A stretch of DNA of 64,000 bases from an uncultured candidate division Zixibacteria bacterium (GTDB taxonomy: Bacteria; Zixibacteria; MSB-5A5; UBA10806; 4484-95). Under the pieces are notes generated by a model. The model worked only from the letters and a program-made list of their open reading frames with translations. It was not told where the DNA came from and did not search any database. A program made the translations under genes and the position numbers. The DNA is taken from contig CAXXKA010000005.1 in NCBI GenBank assembly GCA_963668625.2, forward strand, positions 188,021 to 252,020, read 5' to 3'. Numbering within the stretch: the stretch's first letter is position 1; the number at the start of each line of letters is the position of its first letter. Shown in pieces: positions 20,858-31,510 of the stretch.

Positions 20858-23062
20858 TTATTTCAGCAACAGCATCTTCTTTGCTTGCGAGTAGTTGGGG
20901 GTAGTCAGCTTGTAGAAATAATAACCGCTGCTGACAGTATTACCGGCAGTGTTCTTGCCGTTCCATACAACCTGATGTTCACCCGCGGGCAGCATATCGC
21001 TAACCAGCGAGTTCACCTTACGACCGAGTATATCGTAAATATCGAGCTGCACCATCTCCTGCTCGACTATGCTGAATTGGATCGTAGTAGTGGCGTTGAA
21101 TGGGTTGGGGAAGTTGTGGGAGAGGTTGTAGGCGAGGGGACGAACGTCTGCCAAAGCTTCTTTAGCGCTATATCCAACAATTACACCTTGAATGCCTGTC
21201 ATTGGTCTTGTTGCATATCCTCCGGAAGTCTTAGCAAAATGGCCTCGAGTATCAACCACGCCACCATCTGGATATTTACTTTTGAATATAACATTAAAAA
21301 GTTCACCCGTATAGTCAACTGAACCTGGAGACGAGATAACACCTACTGCGTTGATTATATCCCATTCATCAACAGTATATGACCAACTTATCAAGCTGTC
21401 GTAATCACAACTGAAATTAATACTGTCATCAAAAGTCCATGCTGGAGTTTGTGAAGATACGAGTACTCTAACAGTGTCAAAAACGTTATTTGTATTTATC
21501 CAAGAGAGGTTAATTGGTACTGTAGCATAGAACAATCTATCTTTAGTTACGTAAACAGAATCTAATCCGAGATGTGGTGCCGGCGATTTTACTGAAACAC
21601 TTGCTAAATCGAAATATGAAGTATCCTCACAATCCCTCTGGATTTTATCTGAATTTGGAGAGAAGAAATCCCTTACGTAAGCATTAGTTGAGTAGGCGCT
21701 ATAAAAAGTAACATTTGAGGTGGCAAAAGCATCATTCATAAAATCAATATCAACATCGAAGCTGACTTTACATATTGTGTTACTTCCTGGTAAAATGTAC
21801 TTTCCATTAAGGTCAGTGGTATCAATACTGGTTCCAACTGACCAGTAGTCTCCACTTATAGGACTAGCATAAGCATCGGGATGATAAGCTTCCATTTTAG
21901 TAGCAGAAATATTAGAGAAATAATCATTTTCAGCAAAGAGAGTAAAGAAATAGCTTTGAGCCCAAAAGGAGTAGTACGTGCTGATATAGATATCTACATT
22001 GCCTGATGTGTCGGCGGTAGCAGGTAATAAGAAAGTCGCACAGGAATAAACCGGGTAGTTAATCGCTCCATTTGCTTTATTGATCGAGCTATATCCTAAT
22101 TCAGCAGTTGCATCTTCGCATTTTACTCTAGGCGAATAGAGATCAACGAATAGAATACTATCAGTTGCCGAAAAACTTGCTGATGCGTTGTATGAACTAT
22201 TGTAGTCATGTCCTTCAAGTTCAATTGTACCTAATAATATCCAATCTTCACTTGCGCTGTAATTCGTGGTTGCGTCTATGATAACCAGATATCTGCCTCC
22301 AATTGGGGGATTGCTATAAATAACATTATCTTCCGGATAGAAATTTTCATAGTCACCTTGTATGTTGATTAAATCACAAGTTATTTTCACATAGTCGGAA
22401 GGAAAATTGGCTTTAAAGTAAACTGGTATATAAATCAAAGTATCCTTAGCGTCATCAGAACCGTCCTTCCCCTGGTATGAGTAGCCGGTTGCGGTTCCCA
22501 GCATGAAAGACGCTTCGCCGTCGATAGTTTTAACCGAGCCACTATCTGGAAATACTTTGCAACTGGAACCGACATTGATCTTGTATACATTGGCCGAATC
22601 ACTCGGTTGAATCAATTTGGTCGTATTAAATGCAACCGTATCATCAACATCAAAAACAAGCGTAGCAAGATATCTATTATCACCGATTGCCACATACCCG
22701 CTGTCTGTGAATTGTATCTCAATATGATTTGCAGATGGGTACCAAGCGATAGAGCTATTCTGCCATTCAGTACCGCTTGTATCGAGTGTATTGAAAGATA
22801 GACCAGTATCGTAATCTAATTCTAACGTTAGATGTTTAATAGTATCTTCAACGCTTATCTCTATCGGAACTTCTACTTGAGTACCAGGTATCTCATCTTC
22901 AATATCAGCTATTGTTATGTCGCAACCAAATGTACAAAGCACGCATATCACATCCTGCTCGCCAACCTGATCAACAGTTTGAAACTGATCTGCAACTGCG
23001 AACGAATCTAATAATAGCATCGCTAACAGGGCTATCATAAATCTCATCGAATTAGCCTTCAT
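20858..23062 (-). CDS. Large secreted protein, cohesin-like beta domains plus T9SS-A/FlgD-like CTD
   Basis: Signal peptide; PGTQVEVPIEI...LELDYD cohesin-like pattern; HNFPNPFN...SGYYFYKL...KKMLLLK. Confidence 0.82.
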   Translation of the reverse strand: MKANSMRFMIALLAMLLLDSFAVADQFQTVDQVGEQDVICVLCTFGCDITIADIEDEIPGTQVEVPIEISVEDTIKHLTLELDYDTGLSFNTLDTSGTEWQNSSIAWYPSANHIEIQFTDSGYVAIGDNRYLATLVFDVDDTVAFNTTKLIQPSDSANVYKINVGSSCKVFPDSGSVKTIDGEASFMLGTATGYSYQGKDGSDDAKDTLIYIPVYFKANFPSDYVKITCDLINIQGDYENFYPEDNVIYSNPPIGGRYLVIIDATTNYSASEDWILLGTIELEGHDYNSSYNASASFSATDSILFVDLYSPRVKCEDATAELGYSSINKANGAINYPVYSCATFLLPATADTSGNVDIYISTYYSFWAQSYFFTLFAENDYFSNISATKMEAYHPDAYASPISGDYWSVGTSIDTTDLNGKYILPGSNTICKVSFDVDIDFMNDAFATSNVTFYSAYSTNAYVRDFFSPNSDKIQRDCEDTSYFDLASVSVKSPAPHLGLDSVYVTKDRLFYATVPINLSWINTNNVFDTVRVLVSSQTPAWTFDDSINFSCDYDSLISWSYTVDEWDIINAVGVISSPGSVDYTGELFNVIFKSKYPDGGVVDTRGHFAKTSGGYATRPMTGIQGVIVGYSAKEALADVRPLAYNLSHNFPNPFNATTTIQFSIVEQEMVQLDIYDILGRKVNSLVSDMLPAGEHQVVWNGKNTAGNTVSSGYYFYKLTTPNYSQAKKMLLLK

Positions 23063-23455
23063 GGCTTCCTCCTAAAATGTTTTAATTATTAATATAGTAC
23101 AGAATACATTTTAAATTAGATCGCAATAAGGCGGAGACTTATTTCGACAAATATTGAAAATCATTGATTTCCCCAGACATGTGGGCAAAATGCCAAAACG
23201 TGTTAACATAATTTATATTACCACTTATATTAATTGTCAATAAATAAGTACATTTTATTAAATTTGCTTGTAATCAGATAGCTGCCTGGCATAAAGAGTT
23301 AAAAATTGATTAAGTATATTGACTTAGGCCGAGATTAAAGATATTTTACTCACTTGACTTGAATCGATAGTCATAATTATCGGGTAAATGGCGATATCCG
23401 ATGTATATGAAGTGAAACGAAAAATATCACCAATGTTAGAAAAAGCAGGTTCGAG

Positions 23456-25927
23456 ATGAAAACTCAGTACTACCCATTCGATGAGATAGAGGCTAAATGG
23501 CAGCAAATATGGCAGGATACGAAACTCTATACTACTGATCTTAGCGATACTGAAAAAAAGCTTTATGTATTGGTGATGTTTCCCTACCCATCCGGAGCAA
23601 AAATGCATGTAGGGCAGTGGTACAATTACGGCCCCACCGATACCTGGGCGCGCCTGAAAAGGATGCAGGGATTTAATGTATTCTATCCAATCGGTTATGA
23701 TGCTTTCGGATTGCCGGCTGAAAATTTCGCCATAAAAAATAACGTTCACCCGGCTATCTGCACCAAGGAAAATATCGAGTTTTTCCGCAAGCAGTTTCAG
23801 CAAATCGGCTCGACTATCGATTGGAATTCCGAGTTCGCCACCTCCGATCCATCATACTATAAATGGACTCAGTGGATATTCCTTAAGCTCTACGAGAAAG
23901 GCCTGGCCTATCGCAAGAAAGCGCCGGTCAACTGGTGCCCGGAATGCCATACCGTTCTGGCAAATGAGCAGGTAATCGAGGGCAAATGCGAGCGCTGCGA
24001 CAGCGATGTCACCAAGAAAGACCTCGAGCAGTGGTTTTTTAAAATCACACGATACGCCGACAGGCTGTTGGAAAATCACAAGAAAGTCGATTGGCAATCT
24101 AAAACAATTTCGATGCAGAAAAACTGGATCGGCCGCTCCGAGGGGTCCGAGATAATATTCAAAGAGGAAAAAACAGGGGAGAGTATCCCGATTTTCACCA
24201 CCCGCGCCGATACCCTGTTCGGTGTCACCTATATGGTGCTCGCGCCGGAGCATCCGCTGGTTGATAAAATAGCAACGCCGGAGAATCTGTATAGTGTCCA
24301 TAATTATCAGGAGCAAGCGAAGAAAGCCTCCGAGATCGACCGCATGTCGACCGTGCGTGAGAAATCCGGGGTATTCACCGGCGCATACTGTATCAACCCG
24401 ATAAACGGTGACCGTGTACCTATCTGGATTGCCGACTATGTACTGGTATCATATGGTACAGGCGCTGTCATGGCCGTTCCCGGACATGATCAGCGCGACT
24501 ACGAGTTCGCCACCAAATTCAATATTCCGATCAAATCGGTAATCGCTCCCAAAGGAAAAACCGAGGTCGATATCTCCGAGCAATCGTACGAGGAGTATGG
24601 GGTGATGATAAACTCCGATGAATTCGATGGCGTATCCTCCAGTGATGGCAAAGTGCAAGTTACCGAGAAACTCGCTAAACAGGGCCTGGGCAAGCTTACA
24701 ATCAACTACCGTCTACGCGACTGGTTAATCTCCCGTCAGAGATACTGGGGCGCACCCATTCCGATCATATTCTGCCCCAAATGCGGCGAGGTGCCGGTAC
24801 CTGATTCTGATTTGCCCGTGCTGTTGCCTGAGATAGATAATTTCCGGCCTACCGAGGAGGGCGAATCGCCGTTGGCGCGTTCTAAAGAGTTCCTCAATGT
24901 CAAATGCCCCAAATGTGGACAAGAGGCGAAACGCTCAACCGAAACTATGGACACATTCGTGGATTCATCCTGGTATTTCCTGCGCTATTTTAATCCCGGC
25001 GATACCGAGAAACCATTCGATAAGGCCATGCTCGACAAATGGGCGCCTATTGATTTCTACGTAGGCGGGGCAGAGCACGCGGTAACACATCTGATATACG
25101 CACGTTTTATCACCATGTGTCTTTATGACATGGGGTATCTCTCATTCGAGGAACCGTTTTCGAAAGTCCGTCACCAGGGTATAATTACCAGTCAAGGCGC
25201 TAAAATATCGAAATCGAAAGGCAATGTTATTAATCCTGATGATTTCATTGTCGATTATGGCTCTGATACTTTCCGCATTTATCTCATGTTCATGGGGTCG
25301 TACCTGGATGGGGGAGACTGGGATGATTCCGGGATTACCGGTGTGGCCCGATTCCTGGGGCGTGTCTATCGATTGTTGGAAAAGCATTTAAAAGGAATAA
25401 AAAACGCTTCAAAACTGAATTATTCGAATATCAAGAGCGAGGATTCCGAACTTCGATATTATCTGAATCATTCGATCAAAAAAGTTGGCGAGGATATCGA
25501 GAATCTCGATTATAACACGGCTGTTGCGGCTATGATGGAGTTTTTAAACGTGTTGAGCAAACGTTCGGAAAGCGACGATAACTCTGACCTTTTCAATTAC
25601 TCGTTGTACCGTTACATTCAGATTCTTGCGCCATTAGCGCCACATTTCTCCGAGGAGTTTTGGCACAGAATCGGTAATAAAAGCTCGATTTTCAAAAGCG
25701 ACTGGCCGGGTTACGATCCTGAGGCGCTTGTAACCAGCACGATCACAATGGTAGCCCAGGTTAATGGCAAGTTGCGCGGCTCATTCGAGGTTGCCAAGGA
25801 TATCACTAAGGATGATTTCTTAGCGTTGATAAAAGGTGATGATAAAGTCAGCCATTATATTCAGGGCAAGAAAATCGTAAAAGAGATATTTATCCCAGGT
25901 AAGCTTGCTAATATTGTGGTGAAATAA
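23456..25927 (+). CDS. leuS: Leucine--tRNA ligase
   Basis: MFPYPSG, GYDAFGLPAEN, FTTRADT and GTGAVMAVPGHDQRD editing motifs, DWLISRQRYWG, QVNGKLR. Confidence 0.98.
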   Translation: MKTQYYPFDEIEAKWQQIWQDTKLYTTDLSDTEKKLYVLVMFPYPSGAKMHVGQWYNYGPTDTWARLKRMQGFNVFYPIGYDAFGLPAENFAIKNNVHPAICTKENIEFFRKQFQQIGSTIDWNSEFATSDPSYYKWTQWIFLKLYEKGLAYRKKAPVNWCPECHTVLANEQVIEGKCERCDSDVTKKDLEQWFFKITRYADRLLENHKKVDWQSKTISMQKNWIGRSEGSEIIFKEEKTGESIPIFTTRADTLFGVTYMVLAPEHPLVDKIATPENLYSVHNYQEQAKKASEIDRMSTVREKSGVFTGAYCINPINGDRVPIWIADYVLVSYGTGAVMAVPGHDQRDYEFATKFNIPIKSVIAPKGKTEVDISEQSYEEYGVMINSDEFDGVSSSDGKVQVTEKLAKQGLGKLTINYRLRDWLISRQRYWGAPIPIIFCPKCGEVPVPDSDLPVLLPEIDNFRPTEEGESPLARSKEFLNVKCPKCGQEAKRSTETMDTFVDSSWYFLRYFNPGDTEKPFDKAMLDKWAPIDFYVGGAEHAVTHLIYARFITMCLYDMGYLSFEEPFSKVRHQGIITSQGAKISKSKGNVINPDDFIVDYGSDTFRIYLMFMGSYLDGGDWDDSGITGVARFLGRVYRLLEKHLKGIKNASKLNYSNIKSEDSELRYYLNHSIKKVGEDIENLDYNTAVAAMMEFLNVLSKRSESDDNSDLFNYSLYRYIQILAPLAPHFSEEFWHRIGNKSSIFKSDWPGYDPEALVTSTITMVAQVNGKLRGSFEVAKDITKDDFLALIKGDDKVSHYIQGKKIVKEIFIPGKLANIVVK

Positions 25928-25951
25928 GCATTAACGAGATAGTTCGTGAAT

Positions 25952-25985
25952 AAAAAACGCTAGATCTAGTTATCCAGCGTTTTTT
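25952..25985. terminator. Bidirectional terminator after leuS
   Basis: A6-CGCTAGAT...ATCCAGCG-T6. Confidence 0.75.
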
Positions 25986-26215
25986 CCCCTGCATGAATAA
26001 AGCAGGAAGTAAAAAATTCCTTCTTGCTTAGTGAGTTTTTCTATAGGGGGGTGGATCATTGAAAGGAGTTTTTAAGCGCAGGCTTAAAAACGACCGTATT
26101 GAGGCGATAATCTCCAGAAAACCAATGAGATGTATTGGATTCATTATGTATTCTTACCAAATATTTTTAGTAGGATACATAATATATCTTATAGGTCGTT
26201 AATGATTGCGTTTTT

Positions 26216-28321
26216 TTACGCTGTCCAAAACAGCGAAAACGCCAGATCCGGCCTTATCGGAATCGTGTCAACGGTCGGCCAACGCTCGATCTCTTTCTCA
26301 TCCTCGAATACGCTGATTACCACCGAGGATAATTCACCCTCCATGCCTTTCGAATAAATGCCAACCTCCAGGATACGATCAGCTCCCCATTCGAGGAATT
26401 CAATTTCGCTATTGGCTTTCATCAAACCATCTTTGAATACTATCTCGAATGTATCGGGCCGGGTGAATGTGAACTTGATCGTAAGCCGTGATAATTCAGT
26501 ACCAATCTCCGGGTCTAGACGGAAATACACTTTATCACGTTTACCATAGCCATAATAAATCGCACTGATACGCCTGTCGGCTTTGTGCATCGTAGAACCG
26601 GCTTTCTTGCAGTCGAAAAAGCCGGCGCTGGCCCATTCGTAATAGTGTGTAATTTTGCCATCAAGAGTTGGTTTGATAAAATCAACCGGCTCCAGAAGAT
26701 GCGATCTGATATAGTCGATCCTGATTGGTTTGTACAACTCAGGCGGAATATCCACACCTAAAAGCTTGTAAACATTTATCAGATGTGAACGGTACAATTG
26801 ATCGAATTTATCATTATCCGGGCTGCTATGCTCATCGCCGAACCACCAGCACCAATCCGAACCCTCGGCTATATAGATTTCTTTCTGAGCCAGTCTGAGG
26901 TTTTCCTCCGAGATTTTATCAGTGCCAATGAATTGTTCGTATACCTGACGGGCATTATGCAGAAGATCCCAGGCTTTGTTATCCTCCTGATGTCCAATCC
27001 AGACACCGAAATCGTGATTTATCCAGCTACCCGGGTGAAGATGCTTTAACGGCGCTATATAGCTCTCCCCTGTTAACATCTCCGAAAATGTCGCTGTTTT
27101 AATATTGGGATGCTCTGATAATTTCGCGTACAGGGCGTTTAAAAACTCATGGCCATCCCCGGGAAAATACTCCCAGGCGTTTTCGCCATCCAAAGCGATA
27201 CATACCATGCATTCGGAATCGTTATTATTACTGTAATGCGAATCGATCGCCTCGAGTTTGCCAATAAAATCGCTGGCTGCCAGCTTTGGGTCCTGGCGGG
27301 AGTATACGAAACCTATCAGGTCGGACATAGCGTGATCGCGGAAAAACATATTTATAGAGGATCCATTCACCTGAAGGTTGTACGGTCGGTAAAGCTCACC
27401 CGAGGAAATTATCGAATCATCTCCCCCGCCGCGCACGCCGCGACCAAGGCTAATCGAAAGTATCTCCTCATCGGTGGCAATCCATTTTATACCGGCCTCG
27501 GCCAGAATCGGGATTATCTGCTCGGCAACCGAGCCCTCGGAAGGCCACATTCCGGAGGGTTTGTAACCGAATTTACTCTCGAAATAATCAAGCGCCATTT
27601 TTATTTGCGCCTCAGCGTCCTCTGGATGGTTGAATCGGTATTCGGGCAGTGATATATGCGGCACCGATTCGCGGGCTATTTCAGTATCGTACACCAGCGG
27701 TAATATAGGATGAAAATACGGTGTAACCGAAAGCTCAATCTGTCCCCGCTCTGCCACCTCTCTGTATTTAGGAATTATCCGCCCCATGACATCCTGCTGG
27801 AATTTTAACAGGGCGCGTTTGTCATCCTCGGTGAAACCTTTCTCTTTCGCTAACAATCCCTCAATCGGGGATTCATCGTGAAATATAGGATCGATCCAGA
27901 CTAAGTTCGACCATACCTGAAGGTCGAGCCAATCCTGCTTTTTAAACAGATTCAAGGCGCTGTCTTTGCTCATGAACAACTCGTAATAACGTGGGAATGG
28001 TTTGACCATAGTCTCGATATTGGCTTTGAAAAAATTCGCCAGTATGCCCGATTTATCATCATCGGTTAAACTGCCGGCCTCTTTGCGCGAAAGCTCCAGA
28101 TGAGTATCCAGGGCCTCTCCCCCGGCATATTCCTCTATCTGTTCGAGAAGCGAGGGAACAAGATTGAATGTCTGTTTGATTTCGGGAAATTTATCGAGAA
28201 TGGCCACCATATCGTAATAATCTTTTGTGCCGTGGAGCCTTACCCAGGGCATCTCATAGCGGCCGGTGACCAGGTCTTTGTAGAACGGTTGATGCATATG
28301 CCAGAGGATGCAAAGTTTCAT
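26216..28321 (-). CDS. Glycoside hydrolase family 57 (amylopullulanase-like)
   Basis: WHMHQP, HPILPL, GMWPSEG, DGENAWE, AEGSDWCWW. Confidence 0.95.
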   Translation of the reverse strand: MKLCILWHMHQPFYKDLVTGRYEMPWVRLHGTKDYYDMVAILDKFPEIKQTFNLVPSLLEQIEEYAGGEALDTHLELSRKEAGSLTDDDKSGILANFFKANIETMVKPFPRYYELFMSKDSALNLFKKQDWLDLQVWSNLVWIDPIFHDESPIEGLLAKEKGFTEDDKRALLKFQQDVMGRIIPKYREVAERGQIELSVTPYFHPILPLVYDTEIARESVPHISLPEYRFNHPEDAEAQIKMALDYFESKFGYKPSGMWPSEGSVAEQIIPILAEAGIKWIATDEEILSISLGRGVRGGGDDSIISSGELYRPYNLQVNGSSINMFFRDHAMSDLIGFVYSRQDPKLAASDFIGKLEAIDSHYSNNNDSECMVCIALDGENAWEYFPGDGHEFLNALYAKLSEHPNIKTATFSEMLTGESYIAPLKHLHPGSWINHDFGVWIGHQEDNKAWDLLHNARQVYEQFIGTDKISEENLRLAQKEIYIAEGSDWCWWFGDEHSSPDNDKFDQLYRSHLINVYKLLGVDIPPELYKPIRIDYIRSHLLEPVDFIKPTLDGKITHYYEWASAGFFDCKKAGSTMHKADRRISAIYYGYGKRDKVYFRLDPEIGTELSRLTIKFTFTRPDTFEIVFKDGLMKANSEIEFLEWGADRILEVGIYSKGMEGELSSVVISVFEDEKEIERWPTVDTIPIRPDLAFSLFWTA

Positions 28322-28450
28322 TAACTTCTCCGGTTAAACAGGTTGACGATATCGACTTATAATTACTATCGTCAGTTTAGGCTAATTTCAATACTTATCA
28401 TGCATTTTATCTTTTTTCAAGTGATTTATAAGAAACAAAATTGACTTTGA

Positions 28451-28609
28451 GGCGCATTTCTTTCGGTTAATGTTTTCAACGTATCAGGCCAGAAAGTAAC
28501 GGCGCTCGTTGATGAGAACCAGGATGCTGGTTATTATCAGAAGAAGTCTTTCCCGCTCATTGAATATCAAGCCGGTGGAATGGCATCTGACGGTTTTATA
28601 ATTATCTGA
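28451..28609 (+). pseudogene. Orphan degenerate CTD fragment
   Basis: Reads SVNVFNVSGQKVTALVDENQDAGYYQ...MASDG; no upstream start codon or gene body. Confidence 0.6.
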
Positions 28610-28697
28610 TACCGGAAACGCAAACTACCACCAGCCACAAAAAAGCCCCGCATCAGCAGGGCTTCCAAAATTTTATCGAATGAAATATCGCTACAAT

Positions 28698-29378
28698 CTA
28701 ATTACCGGCGGCGTACTCTACCTCGGCCTGTAGTTTCTTGGCCAGCGAGGTGTGTTGTGAACGCGGGTAGTTATCGATGACAGCCTGATAGGCGGCATTA
28801 GCCTCGGTCATCATCCCGGCCTCCCGGTATACCCGTCCCGCCGACATGTAATAGCCCGGTGAGGCGAATTCGCTGTCTGCGGCCTGGCCGGCTTTCATGA
28901 AATAATCGGCGGTTTTCGGTAAATCACCTGAAGCCTCGTAACATTCCGCCGCGCCAGCATAAGCCGCGCCAAGTAACAGAGGCTCATTACCGTACTCGTT
29001 GATATATTTTTCGTAATAAACTAAGGCGCTGTCTTGCTCCTGACGATCGTAATATGTCCTGGCCAGGTAGTAACAGCCTCTATCGGCGATCGGAGCCGAT
29101 CCGTATTGCTCAAGCAGGCTACGGTAGTCGTTTATAGCCAGTGATTGTTGCCCCATTGCCGAGGCTAACTGTGCCTTGCCGAATAGATTTTCAGCCTCGA
29201 GTACTTTTTTATCGGCGGAATAGTTGAAAAACGAGATAATCAAAATGATGGCGATCAGTCCGGCGAAGCCGCCTAAGAATAATGTTCTATTTTTCTGGAT
29301 GTATTCGGATGCTTTAAAAGCGCTGGTGATAAAGTTATCTTGCTTTATCTGTTTTTTAGATAGTCTCTCTGGGCTCAC
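28698..29378 (-). CDS. Membrane-anchored TPR protein (YfgM/YbgF-like)
   Basis: N-terminal TM helix; TPR helices; VIDNYPRS. Confidence 0.8.
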   Translation of the reverse strand: MSPERLSKKQIKQDNFITSAFKASEYIQKNRTLFLGGFAGLIAIILIISFFNYSADKKVLEAENLFGKAQLASAMGQQSLAINDYRSLLEQYGSAPIADRGCYYLARTYYDRQEQDSALVYYEKYINEYGNEPLLLGAAYAGAAECYEASGDLPKTADYFMKAGQAADSEFASPGYYMSAGRVYREAGMMTEANAAYQAVIDNYPRSQHTSLAKKLQAEVEYAAGN

Positions 29379-29513
29379 AGTTCCTCCTTATCAAGGCCTT
29401 CAATCTATATATATATAGAAGGTTTGGCAAGGTGTTTTTAATCATATTTTCGGCAAAAAAAAGCGAAGCGTTATAATTCGCTCCGCTTTTTAAGTCTTTA
29501 ATTGACAATAATC

Positions 29514-30935
29514 TTACGGCTGGAATTGGAAAGCGTGTATACCTAAATGTTTGTCGCCGAGATATATCATCAGAACATTGTCATCGGTTTCATCAAGATC
29601 GATATCGATGGTTCGGAATCCAGCCGCTATACCGGCCGCACCGCCGCGGGTTTCCCTACTGGTAACCACCTCGGTAGCCTGTGGATCCGTAACATTGACG
29701 ATTTGGAGTCCACCATTCCAGTAATCGGCAACGAACGCATGAGTTGTTTGAGTATCTGAATCATATAGCGCACAGACATCAAGAGCGAATCCCGGCAATG
29801 CAGTCGTGCTAATAAATGTAGGACTGGTAGGTGATGACAGATTAAGAAGAGTCAACCCCGCCTCGCCATCGGCTACATAAATAATATCTTCGTAAATAAA
29901 GATACCATTCGGTGAACCGGTTGTGGTAATCGTATTAGCAAGTGTGGGATTGAGGGGATCGGTTAAATCGATGATTTTGATTCCTAAAAGCGAGTCGGCC
30001 AGATAGGCATAATCACCCTCTATATACATATCTCTAACAGAACCGCCCTCGTACATGAATGTAGAGGCTGCTGCGATATATAAAGAATCACTGGTATCTA
30101 CGACATAAATACCGGATGAATCGATGGTTGAACCGGCGTCGGAAATACCGGCTAAAATCACATATTCTCCGTATATACCAACTGCTCTGCTTTCGATATC
30201 AGCTTCAAACCTCGATACAGTATCTCCTGTAGCGGAGTCTGAATACATGAAAGGTTCCGCTGGATTGGAAACATCATACATACGCATCGCCTCACCGTTG
30301 GCCGTATAAGCTCTACCGTTAGCCACGGTGACATCATAGTTATACGAACCATCGCCAAGTATAGCGCCAACCGAATCGATTCTCACACCCACTCTGGCCG
30401 TATCCGTAACATCGAAAATTCGTAATCCCTGATTATCATCGGCCAGATATATCAGGTTATCATCTGTAAGAAACATTTTTAAAGCAATATGTGTGTCATA
30501 ATCATCGATATAATAAAGATTGCCGGTAGTGAAAGTCCAGGTCGGGCTTGTTACCGTGTGCCCTGCGCTGTCATCAGCAACAACATACCAGTAGTAAGTA
30601 GTTTTGAAATCCAGGCGTGGGGGATTATACAGGTACGTATTTACGGTATCCACGACAGGCGGATCAGTTGATGTACCCAGATGGACCTCATATGTAAGCG
30701 CATCATCGTCAGGATCGACACATAGCCATTCGAGGCGAACGCCTACATCCTGGTTAATCGCACCGCTATCGGGAACGGCAACTGTCGGTACTGGCGGAGC
30801 CTCGTTCGGCGAGGTAATATCATCATCATCATCGCAGCCAACAAGAATTAACATTGCCATTAAACTTAGAAACAGTAATTTTGCCCCCGTTGAAAAGAAG
30901 CTATCAGAGATTAAGCTCATTCTCAAGCGTATCAA
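29514..30935 (-). CDS. Lipoprotein with Fn3-like domain and LVIVD repeats
   Basis: LVGC-DDDDD lipobox; DPDDDALTYEV...TYYWYVVA; AYLAD..GIKIID repeats. Confidence 0.85.
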   Translation of the reverse strand: MIRLRMSLISDSFFSTGAKLLFLSLMAMLILVGCDDDDDITSPNEAPPVPTVAVPDSGAINQDVGVRLEWLCVDPDDDALTYEVHLGTSTDPPVVDTVNTYLYNPPRLDFKTTYYWYVVADDSAGHTVTSPTWTFTTGNLYYIDDYDTHIALKMFLTDDNLIYLADDNQGLRIFDVTDTARVGVRIDSVGAILGDGSYNYDVTVANGRAYTANGEAMRMYDVSNPAEPFMYSDSATGDTVSRFEADIESRAVGIYGEYVILAGISDAGSTIDSSGIYVVDTSDSLYIAAASTFMYEGGSVRDMYIEGDYAYLADSLLGIKIIDLTDPLNPTLANTITTTGSPNGIFIYEDIIYVADGEAGLTLLNLSSPTSPTFISTTALPGFALDVCALYDSDTQTTHAFVADYWNGGLQIVNVTDPQATEVVTSRETRGGAAGIAAGFRTIDIDLDETDDNVLMIYLGDKHLGIHAFQFQP

Positions 30936-31407
30936 TTCGACCTCCTGCTTTATTAGAAATTATCAAATACCCAGCTAAAATACTATTATGCCTCTAACTG
31001 ATATAGCTAAAAGCAAATGCAACGAATTATAACGTTCAGCTTTCTAGCAGTCAAGAGAATTCTGATGGAGTATCATCAGCCGCGAAAAGTATTATTATAC
31101 TTAACAAGCAAGGGTATAATAACCGCTCGAACATCCCGCCCTATAAATAAACTCGTAAAGAAAATCGAGAGGATATGACGCCTTATCTGGATCGCGCTTT
31201 GATCATCTCCGGTATACCGGTATTATCTCGTGATAGCCGGTTGGACGAATAATAACTATATAAAAAAGCCGAAGAATACCTCCGGCTAAATAAGCAAGAA
31301 TACTTTATTAAAAGGAATATAATTATTCCTGATAAGCCTCTATATTGTTTTATTAATCATCATCCTGTCAACCCTCCATCCGTACGGCGACAGGCCGTCA
31401 AAAGCTA

Positions 31408-31503
31408 CTACTTATTTTTCTTTTTATGACGGTTTTTACGCAGTCGTTTTTTACGCTTGTGAGTTTTGATTTTGTGACGCTTTTTCTTCTTACCACTCGG
31501 CAT
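31408..31503 (-). CDS. bS22/AURKAIP1-COX24-type small ribosomal protein (31 aa, absent from ORF track)
   Basis: MPSGKKKKRHKIKTHKRKKRLRKNRHKKKNK*, 7 nt downstream of the HU gene. Confidence 0.85.
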   Translation of the reverse strand: MPSGKKKKRHKIKTHKRKKRLRKNRHKKKNK

Positions 31504-31510
31504 ACAACAA

